A stretch of 64,000 nt of DNA from contig RCNO01000003.1 of assembly GCA_003731685.1 (NCBI GenBank), positions 6,780 to 70,779 on the forward strand, given 5' to 3'. How positions within the stretch are numbered: the stretch's first letter is position 1; each line of letters opens with the position of its first letter. The position numbers and the translations under genes were made by a program. Source of the stretch: Bacteroidetes/Chlorobi group bacterium MS-B_bin-24 (GTDB lineage: Bacteria; Bacteroidota; Ignavibacteria; Kapaibacteriales; UBA2268). The notes below the pieces were generated by a model, which worked only from the letters and a program-made list of their open reading frames with translations, searched no databases and had not been told where the DNA came from. Below, in pieces: positions 12,291 through 22,562 of the stretch.

Positions 12291-12318
12291 GATATTAATT
12301 TTTTTTTCTCTAATTTTG
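12288..12318 (+). promoter_or_regulatory. Candidate Bacteroidetes-type promoter of the str operon (-33 TTTG / -7 TAnnTTTG)
   Basis: TTTG at 12288-12291 and TAATTTTG at 12311-12318 are separated by 19 bp. That matches the published Bacteroides sigma-AB consensus geometry. AGGAG (12359-12363) precedes the GTG start at 12371. Confidence 0.35.
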
Positions 12319-12370
12319 TAGTCTCTTTTTTTTGAAAATGTGGAATTTTATTATTTTTAGGAGAATTTGA

Positions 12371-12757
12371 GTGCCAACGATAAGTCAGTTGATTAGGAAG
12401 CCGAGAAAGAAACTGCAGAAGAAAAGCAAATCGCCGGCATTGAAGGGATGCCCGCAGAGGCGTGGAGTTTGTACTCGTGTATACACGACTACGCCGAAAA
12501 AGCCTAATTCAGCGTTGCGAAAAGTTGCCAAGGTGCGATTGAGTTCAGGTTATGAAGTTATTGCGTATATACCCGGCGAAGGACACAATCTTCAGGAGCA
12601 CTCAATAGTTTATGTTCGAGGGGGCCGCGTTAAAGATTTGCCCGGTGTTCGTTATCACATTGTTCGTGGAGTTGCCGATACGCAAGGAGTCGAGGGACGA
12701 AAGCAAGGTCGGTCGAAATATGGAACTAAACGGCCCAAACAAGCAGCTTCTAAGTAA
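12371..12757 (+). CDS. rpsL: 30S ribosomal protein S12
   Basis: GTG start. Hallmark S12 sequence ([11 protein letters not shown]..., [36 protein letters not shown]). Confidence 0.97.
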   Translation: MPTISQLIRKPRKKLQKKSKSPALKGCPQRRGVCTRVYTTTPKKPNSALRKVAKVRLSSGYEVIAYIPGEGHNLQEHSIVYVRGGRVKDLPGVRYHIVRGVADTQGVEGRKQGRSKYGTKRPKQAASK

Positions 12758-12783
12758 TATTATATGAATAGGGATACTATACA

Positions 12784-13251
12784 ATGAGGAAGAAGAGAGC
12801 AGAGAAGAGACCAGTTGAACCCGATCCGAAGTATCAGGACATCCTTGTTGCAAGGATGATAAACACGGTATTGCGGAAAGGGAAGAAAAGTTTAGCAAGG
12901 AAGATTGTATACGAAGCATTGGACATTGTTGGTCAAAAGACCAAACAGAACCCGCTGGATGTATTCCGGAAGGCGGTGTCGAATGTTGCTCCTTTGATTG
13001 AGGTACGCTCTCGCCGAATTGGAGGAGCAACCTATCAAGTGCCTGTAGAGGTTCGAGAAGACCGAAGGATTTCGCTTGCTTTGCGATGGATTAGAGTGTT
13101 CGCAAGTCAAAGGAAGGACAAATCTATGAGCGCGCGTTTAGCATCGGAAATTATCGCAGCAGCCAACAACGAAGGTGCCTCTGTCAAAAAGCGCGAAGAC
13201 ACGCACCGAATGGCAGAAGCTAACAAGGCTTTTGCTCATTTCAAATGGTAA
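12784..13251 (+). CDS. rpsG: 30S ribosomal protein S7
   Basis: 155 aa and S7-like ([32 protein letters not shown]..., ...[15 protein letters not shown]). It follows rpsL. Confidence 0.96.
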   Translation: MRKKRAEKRPVEPDPKYQDILVARMINTVLRKGKKSLARKIVYEALDIVGQKTKQNPLDVFRKAVSNVAPLIEVRSRRIGGATYQVPVEVREDRRISLALRWIRVFASQRKDKSMSARLASEIIAAANNEGASVKKREDTHRMAEANKAFAHFKW

Positions 13252-13295
13252 CGACTATGATGGTTCTTTGTCAATAGAAATGCTGTTAGTGTGTT

Positions 13296-15353
13296 ATGCC
13301 CCGTAAGGTTGGAATAGAAAAGGTTCGCAATATTGGGATTATGGCTCATATTGACGCGGGGAAAACAACCACTACAGAAAGATTTTTGTTCTACACCGGA
13401 TTTTTGCATCGTCCCGGAGAAGTCGACGAAGGCACCGCCTTTATGGACTATATGGAACAGGAAAAGGAACGAGGGATTACAATTACGTCGGCGGCGACGA
13501 CTTTTTTTTGGCGAGACCATCAAATTAATTTGATTGATACACCGGGGCACGTCGATTTCACTGCCGAAGTCCAGCGTTCGCTCCGAGTACTCGATGGGGC
13601 CATTGCTATTTTCTGTGGCGTTGGCGGGGTTGAACCACAATCGGAGACTGTTTGGCACCAAGCCGATATGTATAACGTCCCTCGTATTGCTTATGTTAAC
13701 AAGATGGACCGAATGGGCGCGGATTTTTACCGTGTTATACAAATGATGAAAGATAAACTCAACGCAAAGCCAGCTGTTATTGAATTGCCTATTGGTGCCG
13801 AGGATTCTTTTGTTGGTGTGGTCGACTTGATTAGAGAAAAGGCGATTTATTTCGACGAAGAAACCAAAGGCTTTAAGTATTACTATGATGAAGTGCCTTC
13901 GGATATGGTTGATTTGGTGAAGGAATGGCGCGATAAACTTGTTGATGCAGTTGCTGAATGCGACGATGACCTGCTAAGCTATTATCTCGAAAATGGGACA
14001 CTTACCGAAGAACAGGTTGAATTGGGATTGCGAAAGGCAACTTTGTCGAATAGTCTTGTTCCTGTACTTTGTGGTTCATCGAAAAAATATATTGGTGTTC
14101 AGCCTCTGCTCGATGCTGTGATTAAATATTTGCCTTCACCGACCGATATAGGCGTCTTTTGGGGCTACGATTATAATAATCACGAAAAGAAAATTTCTCG
14201 AAAAGCGAATGATGATGAGCCATTTTCTTGTCTTGCTTTTAAAATCCTTTCGGACCCGTATTTGAAAAAACTAACATTTGTTAGAATTTATTCCGGGACG
14301 ATAAAGGTTGGGCAAGTTGCTTTTAATACGAATTCGGGAAAGCGGGAAAGGATACAGAAGATTTTGCGTTTGTATGCGAATAGGAAAGAAGAGTTGAACG
14401 AAGTTTATAGCGGAGAGATTGTTGCCTTTCCCGATTTAAGGTCGACTAAAACTGGCGATACTTTGTGCGACGAAAAGCACAAGATACTTTACGAAAGAAT
14501 TACTTTTGCTGAACCTGTTATAAATCAAAGGATTGAAGCGAAGACTCAGCAGGACCGCGACCGATTGCTCGAAACTCTTGCAAAATTTGCCGAAGAGGAC
14601 CCAACCTTCCGATTTACAAACGAAGAGGAAAGCGGCGAAATTATCATCAGCGGTGTCGGGGAGTTGCAATTGGAAATAATTGCCGATAGGCTGAAACGCG
14701 AGCATAATCTCGATGTTAGAATTGGTAAGCCCCAAGTTGCTTATCGCGAAACGATTAGCTTGCCAGTGGAGGAAGAATATAGCTTTGAACGGCAAATTTC
14801 GGGGAAAAACAACTTTGGTTATGTTCGGGTGTTGCTTAAGCCTAACGAAAGAGGCAAAGGGAACGAAATTCGATTTCAAATATCCGAAGAAATTATTCCC
14901 AAACAATTTTGGAGTGCTATTGAAGAGGGAATTAAGGAAGGTTTGCAGATAGGCTTTTTAGGTTATCCGCTCACCGATGTTATTGTGGAAGTTACTGGCG
15001 GTAAATACGAACAGGAGTTTTGTACCGAGCTTGGCTATAAAATTGCTTCTTCAATGGCAGTCCGCGAAGCTTTGAGAAAGTGTAAATCGATTTTGCTCGA
15101 GCCAATATTTAAAGTGGAAATTGTTTCGCCCGAAGAATATGTTGGCGATATCATTTCGGATTTCAATTCTCGGAAGGGAAGAATCGAAGAACTGGATTTG
15201 CGAGGGAATTTCCAGATAATTCGAGGCTTTGCGCCACTATCGGAAATGTTCGGTTATGTTACTCATCTGCGTTCGTTAAGCCAAGGCAGAGCTTCGTATA
15301 CGATGGAATTTTCTCATTATGAACCGGTTGTAGAACAAAAATCTTTCGTCTAA
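13296..15353 (+). CDS. fusA: Elongation factor G family protein in the canonical fusA position, divergent domain IV
   Basis: G motifs [19 protein letters not shown] and NKMD are intact, and the gene sits between rpsG and tuf. The domain IV loops read [14 protein letters not shown] and [17 protein letters not shown] instead of the SGGxGQ and HxVDSSE patterns. Confidence 0.88.
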   Translation: MPRKVGIEKVRNIGIMAHIDAGKTTTTERFLFYTGFLHRPGEVDEGTAFMDYMEQEKERGITITSAATTFFWRDHQINLIDTPGHVDFTAEVQRSLRVLDGAIAIFCGVGGVEPQSETVWHQADMYNVPRIAYVNKMDRMGADFYRVIQMMKDKLNAKPAVIELPIGAEDSFVGVVDLIREKAIYFDEETKGFKYYYDEVPSDMVDLVKEWRDKLVDAVAECDDDLLSYYLENGTLTEEQVELGLRKATLSNSLVPVLCGSSKKYIGVQPLLDAVIKYLPSPTDIGVFWGYDYNNHEKKISRKANDDEPFSCLAFKILSDPYLKKLTFVRIYSGTIKVGQVAFNTNSGKRERIQKILRLYANRKEELNEVYSGEIVAFPDLRSTKTGDTLCDEKHKILYERITFAEPVINQRIEAKTQQDRDRLLETLAKFAEEDPTFRFTNEEESGEIIISGVGELQLEIIADRLKREHNLDVRIGKPQVAYRETISLPVEEEYSFERQISGKNNFGYVRVLLKPNERGKGNEIRFQISEEIIPKQFWSAIEEGIKEGLQIGFLGYPLTDVIVEVTGGKYEQEFCTELGYKIASSMAVREALRKCKSILLEPIFKVEIVSPEEYVGDIISDFNSRKGRIEELDLRGNFQIIRGFAPLSEMFGYVTHLRSLSQGRASYTMEFSHYEPVVEQKSFV

Positions 15354-15417
15354 TGGCATTGAACTTTTTTAAGAATTTTATTATTAATAAATGTTGGTTT
15401 AATTAAGGAGTTTAAAA

Positions 15418-16629
15418 ATGGCTAAAGAAAAATTCGTTCGTTCGAAGCCTCACGTTAACATCGGAACCATTGGTCACATCGACCATGGCAAAACGACTTT
15501 AACAGCAGCAATCACAATGGCTCTTGCAAAGAAGGGCACAAACACCCAAGTTCGAACATTCGATTCGATTGACAATGCACCCGAAGAACGAGCACGAGGT
15601 ATCACAATCAACACTGCTCACGTGGAATACGAAACCGAGAAAAGGCATTATGCACACGTCGACTGTCCCGGGCACGCCGACTACATTAAGAATATGATTA
15701 CCGGTGCTGCCCAGATGGATGGTGCAATTCTTGTTGTTGCTGCCGACGATGGTCCTATGCCTCAAACCCGTGAGCACGTGCTTCTTGCTCGCCAGGTAAA
15801 CGTTCCGTACATTGTTGTGTTTTTGAACAAAATAGACATTGCCGACCCAGAGTTGGTTGATTTGATTGAGATGGAAGTTCGCGAATTGTTGAATAAATAC
15901 GAGTTTCCTGGCGATGATGTTCCTATTATTCGTGGTTCTGCTCTTTTAGCTATGCAAGCAGGGCTTGACCCAAATGCAAATGTTGACGACCCCCGTTTTA
16001 AACCAATTTACGATTTAATGGATGCTGTTGACGAATTCATCCCCACTCCACAAAGAGATATCGACAAGCCTTTCTTGATGCCAGTCGAAGATGTTTTCTC
16101 GATTACAGGCCGCGGAACTGTTGGAACTGGTCGAATCGAGCGTGGAATTATTCGTCTCAACGAAGAAGTCGAAATCGTTGGCTTTGGTTTGCACAAGAAG
16201 ACAACGGTTACTGGTATCGAAATGTTCCGTAAGATTCTCGACGAAGGCGTTGCAGGCGACAACGTTGGCTTGTTGCTTCGTGGTATCGATAAAGATGAGC
16301 TCGAACGAGGAATGGTTATTGCAAAGCCCGGCACAATTACACCACACACCAAGTTTAATGCACAAGTTTACGTTTTGAAGAAGGAAGAGGGCGGACGACA
16401 TACTCCATTCTTCTCGGGTTATCGACCCCAGTTCTATTTCCGAACAACAGATGTTACTGGTGTGATTCAATTGCCACAAGGCGTCGATATGGTTATGCCC
16501 GGAGATAATTTGGATAACATTACAATAGAGTTGATTACACCTGTTGCAATGGAGGAAGGACTTCGTTTTGCAATCCGCGAAGGTGGTCGAACAGTTGGCG
16601 CTGGTGTTGTAACAAAAATTATCGAGTAA
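15418..16629 (+). CDS. tuf: Elongation factor Tu
   Basis: 403 aa with [10 protein letters not shown] and DCPGHADY, and the C-terminal beta-barrel domains are conserved. It lies between fusA and rpsJ. Confidence 0.98.
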   Translation: MAKEKFVRSKPHVNIGTIGHIDHGKTTLTAAITMALAKKGTNTQVRTFDSIDNAPEERARGITINTAHVEYETEKRHYAHVDCPGHADYIKNMITGAAQMDGAILVVAADDGPMPQTREHVLLARQVNVPYIVVFLNKIDIADPELVDLIEMEVRELLNKYEFPGDDVPIIRGSALLAMQAGLDPNANVDDPRFKPIYDLMDAVDEFIPTPQRDIDKPFLMPVEDVFSITGRGTVGTGRIERGIIRLNEEVEIVGFGLHKKTTVTGIEMFRKILDEGVAGDNVGLLLRGIDKDELERGMVIAKPGTITPHTKFNAQVYVLKKEEGGRHTPFFSGYRPQFYFRTTDVTGVIQLPQGVDMVMPGDNLDNITIELITPVAMEEGLRFAIREGGRTVGAGVVTKIIE

Positions 16630-16679
16630 TGCATTTTAATTGCTCTTTTGAGCAAGTAAGATAAATAGGAGAAAAAAAA

Positions 16680-16991
16680 GTGGCTGCGACACAAAAAATT
16701 AGAATCAAATTAAAATCTTTCGATCATTATTTGATTGATAAGTCAGCCGAACGCATAGTTCGAACGGTGAAACAAACTGGTGCTATGGTGTCGGGTCCTA
16801 TTCCGTTGCCAACCAAGCGTTCTATTATTACTGTTAATAGATCTCCACATGTCGATAAGAAGTCGCGCGAGCAGTTTGAGATGCGAGTGCATAAAAGATT
16901 GATAGACATATACAGCTCGTCGCAACGAACTATTGATGCTTTGATGAAATTGGAACTACCTGCTGGTGTTGATGTAGAAGTTAAAGTGTAG
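16680..16991 (+). CDS. rpsJ: 30S ribosomal protein S10
   Basis: GTG start. [23 protein letters not shown]... is typical S10. It is the first gene of the S10 operon order. Confidence 0.96.
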   Translation: MAATQKIRIKLKSFDHYLIDKSAERIVRTVKQTGAMVSGPIPLPTKRSIITVNRSPHVDKKSREQFEMRVHKRLIDIYSSSQRTIDALMKLELPAGVDVEVKV

Positions 16992-17000
16992 GTGTGAATT

Positions 17001-17627
17001 ATGGGCTCAGCAATTTTAGGTCGAAAGATAGGTATGACGAGCTACTTTACCGAAAAGGGCGAGCAGATACCTGTAACGGTTATCGAGGCTGGTCCGTGTC
17101 CGGTCGTCAAAGTCAATACCATTGAAAGAGACGGCTATCAGTCGGTTCAAATTGGTTTTGGAACTCGCTCGGAAAAACGAGTGAATAAGCCCGAGTTAGG
17201 ACATTTCCGTAAAGCAGGCATTCAGCCGACTCGTTTCCTGAAAGAATTTCGAGAACTCGATATAAATTTAAAGCCCGGCGATGTTCTTTACGTTGGCGAT
17301 TTGTTCAAAAAAGGCGATAAGGTTAAGATTTCGGGCACAAGCAAAGGACGCGGCTTCCAAGGCGTTGTTAAAAGGCATCACTTTGGTGGTGTGGGTATGA
17401 CTACCCACGGCCAATCCGATAGAGTAAGGGCGCCGGGGTCGATTGGTGCTTCGTCTTTCCCGTCGCGTGTATTCAAGGGAATGAGGATGGCTGGTCGTAT
17501 GGGTGGAAAACGAGCAACTATTCGGAACCTTGAAATTGTTGATATTTTACCCGAGCAAAATCTTATGCTTGTTAAGGGTGGAGTTCCAGGACCTATTAAT
17601 GGTTTGTTGGAAATAGTAAAGTTGTAG
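17001..17627 (+). CDS. rplC: 50S ribosomal protein L3
   Basis: 208 aa, L3-like (ILGRKIGMTSYF...GFQGVVKRHHFGG). Conserved operon position. Confidence 0.96.
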   Translation: MGSAILGRKIGMTSYFTEKGEQIPVTVIEAGPCPVVKVNTIERDGYQSVQIGFGTRSEKRVNKPELGHFRKAGIQPTRFLKEFRELDINLKPGDVLYVGDLFKKGDKVKISGTSKGRGFQGVVKRHHFGGVGMTTHGQSDRVRAPGSIGASSFPSRVFKGMRMAGRMGGKRATIRNLEIVDILPEQNLMLVKGGVPGPINGLLEIVKL

Positions 17628-17634
17628 GGAAGAA

Positions 17635-18261
17635 ATGACAGTTGATGTATATTCGAAGGAAGGTAAAGTTGTTGGGCAAATCGAATTGCTCGATGAAATT
17701 TTTGGTGTCGAGCCTCACGAGCACGCAATGCATATGGCTGTTGTAGCCTATCTGGCTAATCAACGACAGGGGACGCACAAGACGAAAGTCCGTTCGGAAG
17801 TCAGTGGTGGCGGAAAGAAACCCTGGCGGCAGAAAGGTCGAGGAACTGCGCGTGCTGGTTCGATTCGCTCGCCTTTGTGGGTCCACGGCGGTACAATCCA
17901 CGGACCGAAACCCCGAGATTACACGATGAAGTTGAATAAGAAATTGAAAGCGTTGGCTCGTAAAAGTGCTCTTTCGCTCCGGCTAAGCGAAGGGAATTTG
18001 ATTGTGGTCGAAGATTTTGCTATGGAACAACCTAAAACCAAGGAGTTTTACACTGTTTTGAAGAATTTGAATTTAGCTGGAGAGAAAACATTGGTTCTTC
18101 TTCCCGAAAAGTCCGATGTTCATTATCTTTCGGCAAGGAATATCGAAAATGTTTCGGTTTTCTATGCCGATAAGATTTCGACTTATCATATTCTTGCACA
18201 TAAAAAATTGTTGATTTTCAAAAGTGCGGTGGAACAATTGCAGGCTTCTTTTCAAAATTAG
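17635..18261 (+). CDS. rplD: 50S ribosomal protein L4
   Basis: 208 aa, L4-like (RQGTHKTKVRSEVSGGGKKPWRQKGRGTARAGSIRSPLW). Conserved position. Confidence 0.95.
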   Translation: MTVDVYSKEGKVVGQIELLDEIFGVEPHEHAMHMAVVAYLANQRQGTHKTKVRSEVSGGGKKPWRQKGRGTARAGSIRSPLWVHGGTIHGPKPRDYTMKLNKKLKALARKSALSLRLSEGNLIVVEDFAMEQPKTKEFYTVLKNLNLAGEKTLVLLPEKSDVHYLSARNIENVSVFYADKISTYHILAHKKLLIFKSAVEQLQASFQN

Positions 18262-18276
18262 TATTGGAGAATACTT

Positions 18277-18573
18277 ATGATAGAAATAATTAAACGACCG
18301 ATTATCACAGAGAAGGCGATGAAGTTAGGAGAACAACGGCAGTACGTTTTCGAAGTCGACCCGAAAGCGAATAAGATAGAAATAAAGAAGGCTGTCGAGG
18401 AAATGTTCGAAGTCAAAGTGGAATCGGTTCGGACTTTGCGAGTAAAAGGGAAGCAACGCACTCGTTACACTCGACGTGGTGCGATGCGAGGCAGGACACC
18501 GCTTCGGAAGAAAGCCTATGTTACTTTAAAAGAAGGTTATTCTATCGATTTGGTTGCAGGAGCGGAGACTTAA
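18277..18573 (+). CDS. rplW: 50S ribosomal protein L23
   Basis: 98 aa, L23-like (IIKRPIITEKA...YVFEVDPKANKIEIKKAVEEMFEVKV). Conserved position. Confidence 0.94.
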   Translation: MIEIIKRPIITEKAMKLGEQRQYVFEVDPKANKIEIKKAVEEMFEVKVESVRTLRVKGKQRTRYTRRGAMRGRTPLRKKAYVTLKEGYSIDLVAGAET

Positions 18574-18586
18574 TTAAGGAGAAAAA

Positions 18587-19423
18587 ATGGGAATAAGAGT
18601 ATTAAAACCAATAACGCCGGGAACAAGATTTTATTCGGTATCGACTTTCGAGGAGATAACCACCGACCGTCCCTATGAACCCTTGGTGGTTCCCTTGAAG
18701 AGAACTGGCGGCAGAAATAACACGGGCAGGATTACCTCGCGCCATCGTGGTGGTCGGCACAAACGTCAATATCGAATAATAGATTTTAAGAGAGATAAGC
18801 GTGGAATACCAGCCACGGTCGAAACCATCGAATACGACCCAAATCGGAGTGCACGAATTGCATTGGTTCGCTACGAAGATGGCGAATACCGATATATTCT
18901 TGCTCCCGATAATCTTAAAGTTGGCGATACGATAATGGCTGGACCCAATGCAGAATTTAAAGATGGCAATGCTTTGCCTTTAAAGAACATCCCTGTTGGA
19001 TTGTTCATTCACAATATTGAATTGAAACCGGGAAAAGGTGGCCAACTTGCTCGTTCAGCAGGTGTTTTTGCGCAACTTGTTGGTTTAGATGAACGTTACG
19101 CCCAAGTGAAACTACCTTCGGGCGAAATACGGAATATTTTGAACACCTGCTATGCAACGATTGGACGAGTAAGTAATCCTGACCACGAAAATATTATGTT
19201 GGGTAAAGCGGGAAGGTCGCGTTGGTTTGGTATTCGACCGCAGACACGTGGTATGGCAATGAACCCAATCGACCACCCGAATGGTGGCGGCGAAGGGCGT
19301 TCGAAATCTGGCGGTGGTCGTCAGCATCCTCGCTCTCCGTGGGGACAACTTGCCAAAGGATTGAAAACTCGTAAAAAGAATAAACCATCGGATAAATATA
19401 TTATTCGTCGTCGAAAAGGATAA
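18587..19423 (+). CDS. rplB: 50S ribosomal protein L2
   Basis: 278 aa, L2-like ([19 protein letters not shown]-type block, [14 protein letters not shown]). Conserved position. Confidence 0.97.
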   Translation: MGIRVLKPITPGTRFYSVSTFEEITTDRPYEPLVVPLKRTGGRNNTGRITSRHRGGRHKRQYRIIDFKRDKRGIPATVETIEYDPNRSARIALVRYEDGEYRYILAPDNLKVGDTIMAGPNAEFKDGNALPLKNIPVGLFIHNIELKPGKGGQLARSAGVFAQLVGLDERYAQVKLPSGEIRNILNTCYATIGRVSNPDHENIMLGKAGRSRWFGIRPQTRGMAMNPIDHPNGGGEGRSKSGGGRQHPRSPWGQLAKGLKTRKKNKPSDKYIIRRRKG

Positions 19424-19436
19424 TTTGGGATAGATT

Positions 19437-19727
19437 ATGTCAAGGTCATTAAAAAAAGGTGTTTACGTATATTGGAAGCTTTTGAAGAAGGTCGAGGCAT
19501 TGAATCAAAGCCGAAAGAAACAGGTGATAAAGACCTGGTCCCGAGCTTCGACCATCGTACCTGAATTTGTAGGGCATACTTTTGCAGTTCACAACGGGAA
19601 TAAGTTTATTCCAGTGTACATAACAGAAAATATGGTTGGTCATAAACTCGGGGAGTTTGCTCCAACGCGAACGTATCGTGGTCATGCTGGTCATAGGAAA
19701 GAACAAAAAGCAGCAGCTAAAAAGTAA
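19437..19727 (+). CDS. rpsS: 30S ribosomal protein S19
   Basis: 96 aa, S19-like (SRSLKKG...[38 protein letters not shown]). Confidence 0.96.
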   Translation: MSRSLKKGVYVYWKLLKKVEALNQSRKKQVIKTWSRASTIVPEFVGHTFAVHNGNKFIPVYITENMVGHKLGEFAPTRTYRGHAGHRKEQKAAAKK

Positions 19728-19739
19728 AATGGAGGCTAG

Positions 19740-20141
19740 ATGGAAGCTTATGCAATAAAAAGGTATTTGAGGATGTCGCCACGAAAGGTCAGATTGGTGG
19801 TCGATTTGATTCGTGGCAAGAAGGCAAGCGAAGCGCTTGCTATTTTGAAGTTTTGCCCAAAGGCTGGCTCGATAGAGGTCGAAAGAGTTTTGCGTTCGGC
19901 TCTCTCGAATTTGCAAAATTTGAAGGAACGTGGCACAGTAGACCCCGAAAATGTTATTGTTAAAAGGGCTTTCGTAGACCAAAGCGTAACGTTGAAGAGA
20001 ATACTTCCGGCGCCAATGGGTCGAGCTTATCGTTTGCGTAAACGCTCTTGCCACATTTCGATATCTGTCGAGGAAATTCAACCAAAGAATATAGTTAAAC
20101 CGAAAGTTAAGAAGGAGGAGAAAGTTGGGACAGAAAACTAA
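19740..20141 (+). CDS. rplV: 50S ribosomal protein L22
   Basis: 133 aa, L22-like ([28 protein letters not shown]) with a short basic C-terminal tail. Its 3' end overlaps the rpsC start by 17 nt. Confidence 0.94.
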   Translation: MEAYAIKRYLRMSPRKVRLVVDLIRGKKASEALAILKFCPKAGSIEVERVLRSALSNLQNLKERGTVDPENVIVKRAFVDQSVTLKRILPAPMGRAYRLRKRSCHISISVEEIQPKNIVKPKVKKEEKVGTEN

Positions 20142-20766
20142 TCCAATCGGTTTACGGCTTGGAATTATTCGTGGATGGGACGCAAATTGGTTCGATGAGC
20201 AGAACTTTGCCGAGAAACTCCACGAAGATATTAAGGTGCGTAATTACATTAAGAACCGATTGCGTCGGGCGGGTGTTTCGCGAATAATTATTGAAAGAAC
20301 AACCAAGTTGCTGAGAATTACCATTCACTCTTCGCGACCCGGATTAATCATTGGGCGTTCGGGTCAAGAAATTACTAAGTTGGAAGAGGAAGTTCGACGG
20401 TTAACGAACAAAGAGGTAAAGATATTAATATCCGAAGTTAAGAAGCCTGAACTCGAGGCTGTGCTTGTTGCCGAAAACATTGCAGCCCAAATCGAAGGCA
20501 GAGTTTCTTTCCGCCGTGCAATGAAGATGGCTGTTAGCAATGCTATGAAGATGGGTGCTGTTGGGATAAAAGTTCAATGTTCGGGCCGTCTTGGTGGAGC
20601 CGAAATGGCTCGTTCCGAACAGTATAAGGATGGAAGAATTCCATTGCATACGTTACGAGCCGATATTGACTATGGCTTTGCAGTTGCCCAGACAATTTAT
20701 GGAAGTATTGGAGTTAAAGTTTGGATTTGCCGAGGGGAAATACTTGGCAAACCGCAATTGGCATAA
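20125..20766 (+). CDS. rpsC: 30S ribosomal protein S3
   Basis: TTG start after GAAGGAGGAG (20111-20120). The N-terminus [14 protein letters not shown] is the canonical S3 start and a KH domain follows. Confidence 0.95.
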   Translation: MGQKTNPIGLRLGIIRGWDANWFDEQNFAEKLHEDIKVRNYIKNRLRRAGVSRIIIERTTKLLRITIHSSRPGLIIGRSGQEITKLEEEVRRLTNKEVKILISEVKKPELEAVLVAENIAAQIEGRVSFRRAMKMAVSNAMKMGAVGIKVQCSGRLGGAEMARSEQYKDGRIPLHTLRADIDYGFAVAQTIYGSIGVKVWICRGEILGKPQLA

Positions 20767-20783
20767 ATAATTAGAGGTGTGAT

Positions 20784-21203
20784 ATGTTATTGCCAAAGAG
20801 AGTAAAATATAGAAAGACACAACGCGGACGAGTTCGTGGTGTTGCAAATCGGGGGACGACCGTGATGTTTGGTTCCTATGGTTTGAAAGCACTCGAAGGT
20901 GCTTGGATAACCAATAGGCAAATCGAAGCTGCTCGTATTGCAATCAACCGATACCTAAAACGAGAAGGAAAACTATGGATTCGTATTTTCCCCGATAAAC
21001 CTGTAACCAAGAAGCCACTTGAAACGAGAATGGGGAGTGGAAAAGGTTCGCCCGAGTTTTGGGTTGCTGTAGTTAAGCGTGGTAAAGTGATGTTCGAAAT
21101 TGGCGGCGTTTCGAAAGAAAGGGCACAGGAAGCGTTGAGACTTGCTGCCCAAAAATTGCCTATTAAGACAAAATTTGTTCAACGAGTGGATATAGAAGAA
21201 TGA
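20784..21203 (+). CDS. rplP: 50S ribosomal protein L16
   Basis: 139 aa, L16-like ([16 protein letters not shown]...). Conserved position. Confidence 0.96.
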   Translation: MLLPKRVKYRKTQRGRVRGVANRGTTVMFGSYGLKALEGAWITNRQIEAARIAINRYLKREGKLWIRIFPDKPVTKKPLETRMGSGKGSPEFWVAVVKRGKVMFEIGGVSKERAQEALRLAAQKLPIKTKFVQRVDIEE

Positions 21204-21406
21204 AACCACGAAAGGCAAAGGATTTAAGGGAACTGACCGACCAGGAATTGCAGCAAACATTGAAGGAGGCAGTCGAAACTCTTGCTCGGTTGCGTGTTCA
21301 ACATTCTTTGAGTCAATTGCAAGATACATCCTCGTTGAAAATTTTACGCAAAGATATTGCAAGAATAAAGACAATTCTTTCTGAACGGCAAAGAGTAAAG
21401 GGATAA
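21200..21406 (+). CDS. rpmC: 50S ribosomal protein L29
   Basis: 68 aa, L29-like ([30 protein letters not shown]). ATGA overlap with the rplP stop. Confidence 0.92.
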   Translation: MKPRKAKDLRELTDQELQQTLKEAVETLARLRVQHSLSQLQDTSSLKILRKDIARIKTILSERQRVKG

Positions 21407-21407
21407 T

Positions 21408-21830
21408 ATGGAAGAAAACATTATTACAAACGAAGGAACCAACTTGGTGAATACAAACGAAAGCAATAATCTTGGTAGCGGGACCGAAACTACCGAAACC
21501 CAAGTCTCGGAAACTGCAGTCGCCGAAGCGAAATCTGAAGTTCCCGTAGCAGAAACAAAAGCCGAGAAAGCCGAGCCGAAAGTTGGTAGGCGAAGAATAC
21601 TCGAAGGTCGGGTGGTTTCGAACAAGCCAAATAAAACGATTATTGTTTTGGTTGAACGATATGTTCAGCATCCATTGTATAAGAAATATTATAAAAGGTC
21701 GAAAAAATTTATGGCACACGACGAGAAGAATGAATGCCAAGTTGGCGATTTAGTTCGAATTATGGAATGGCGACCTTTGAGCCGAAGGAAACGTTGGATG
21801 TTAAAAGAAATAGTTGAACGGGCTAAATAA
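21408..21830 (+). CDS. rpsQ: 30S ribosomal protein S17 with about 60-aa low-complexity N-terminal extension
   Basis: The C-terminal 80 aa is a typical S17 core ([62 protein letters not shown]). The N-terminal part is rich in E/T/A/N. Confidence 0.88.
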   Translation: MEENIITNEGTNLVNTNESNNLGSGTETTETQVSETAVAEAKSEVPVAETKAEKAEPKVGRRRILEGRVVSNKPNKTIIVLVERYVQHPLYKKYYKRSKKFMAHDEKNECQVGDLVRIMEWRPLSRRKRWMLKEIVERAK

Positions 21831-21841
21831 GGAGGTGGAAG

Positions 21842-22210
21842 ATGATACAGGAAGAAACAAATCTGGTGGTTGCTGATAATTCTGGTGCCAAGCGTGTTCG
21901 ATGTATTCGAGTGCTTGGCGGACACGAAAAAAGGTATGCAACTGTTGGTGATATTATCGTTGTTTCTGTGAAGTCGGCATTGCCACAGTCGGCGGTGAAA
22001 AAGGGTGAAGTTTGCCGTGCTGTGGTTGTGCGAACCAAGAAAGAAATAAAGCGGAAGGACGGCTCTTTTATCCGTTTCGATGATAATGCTGCGGTGATTC
22101 TAAATAATCAGGGTGAACCCCGAGGAACCCGGGTGTTTGGTCCCGTTGCTCGTGAATTACGTGAGAAAAATTTTATGAAAATTATTTCGTTAGCACCAGA
22201 GGTTTTATAG
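21842..22210 (+). CDS. rplN: 50S ribosomal protein L14
   Basis: 122 aa with the canonical [17 protein letters not shown] start. Conserved position. Confidence 0.97.
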   Translation: MIQEETNLVVADNSGAKRVRCIRVLGGHEKRYATVGDIIVVSVKSALPQSAVKKGEVCRAVVVRTKKEIKRKDGSFIRFDDNAAVILNNQGEPRGTRVFGPVARELREKNFMKIISLAPEVL

Positions 22211-22220
22211 AGGTGAAGAA

Positions 22221-22541
22221 ATGAAACTTAAGTTGAAAAAAGGGGATTTGGTACAAGTTATAGCAGGCAACGATAAAGGGGCTGTGGGACGGATTTTGGA
22301 AATTTATCCCGAGAAGATGCGGGTGCTGGTCGAAGGGGTTAATGTTCGTAAAAAACACACGAAACCGACTGCCCAGAACCCGAAAGGTGGAATAGTTAGC
22401 AAGGAAATGCCTATACATTATTCAAATGTTATGATATTGGATTCGGATAAAAATCCCACACGGATTGGTATTCGCTTCGAAGAACGAGATGGAAAAATAG
22501 TTAAAATTCGATATTCGAAAAAGAATGGTAAGGATTTGTAA
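22221..22541 (+). CDS. rplX: 50S ribosomal protein L24
   Basis: 106 aa with a KOW motif ([20 protein letters not shown]). Conserved position. Confidence 0.95.
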   Translation: MKLKLKKGDLVQVIAGNDKGAVGRILEIYPEKMRVLVEGVNVRKKHTKPTAQNPKGGIVSKEMPIHYSNVMILDSDKNPTRIGIRFEERDGKIVKIRYSKKNGKDL

Positions 22542-22562
22542 ATCATAAGGATAAGATAAAAG

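Noticed and set aside
16640-16655. Small hairpin TTGCTC-TTTT-GAGCAA between tuf and rpsJ as a terminator
   Set aside because: It has only a 6-bp stem with no following U-tract. It is too weak to call, and the gap (50 nt) is also too short for a recognisable S10-leader structure.
19449-21740. Long minus-strand ORFs (19449-20081 and 20973-21740) across the S10/spc operon
   Set aside because: They overlap several tightly packed, unambiguous ribosomal protein genes on the plus strand. Their translations look random.
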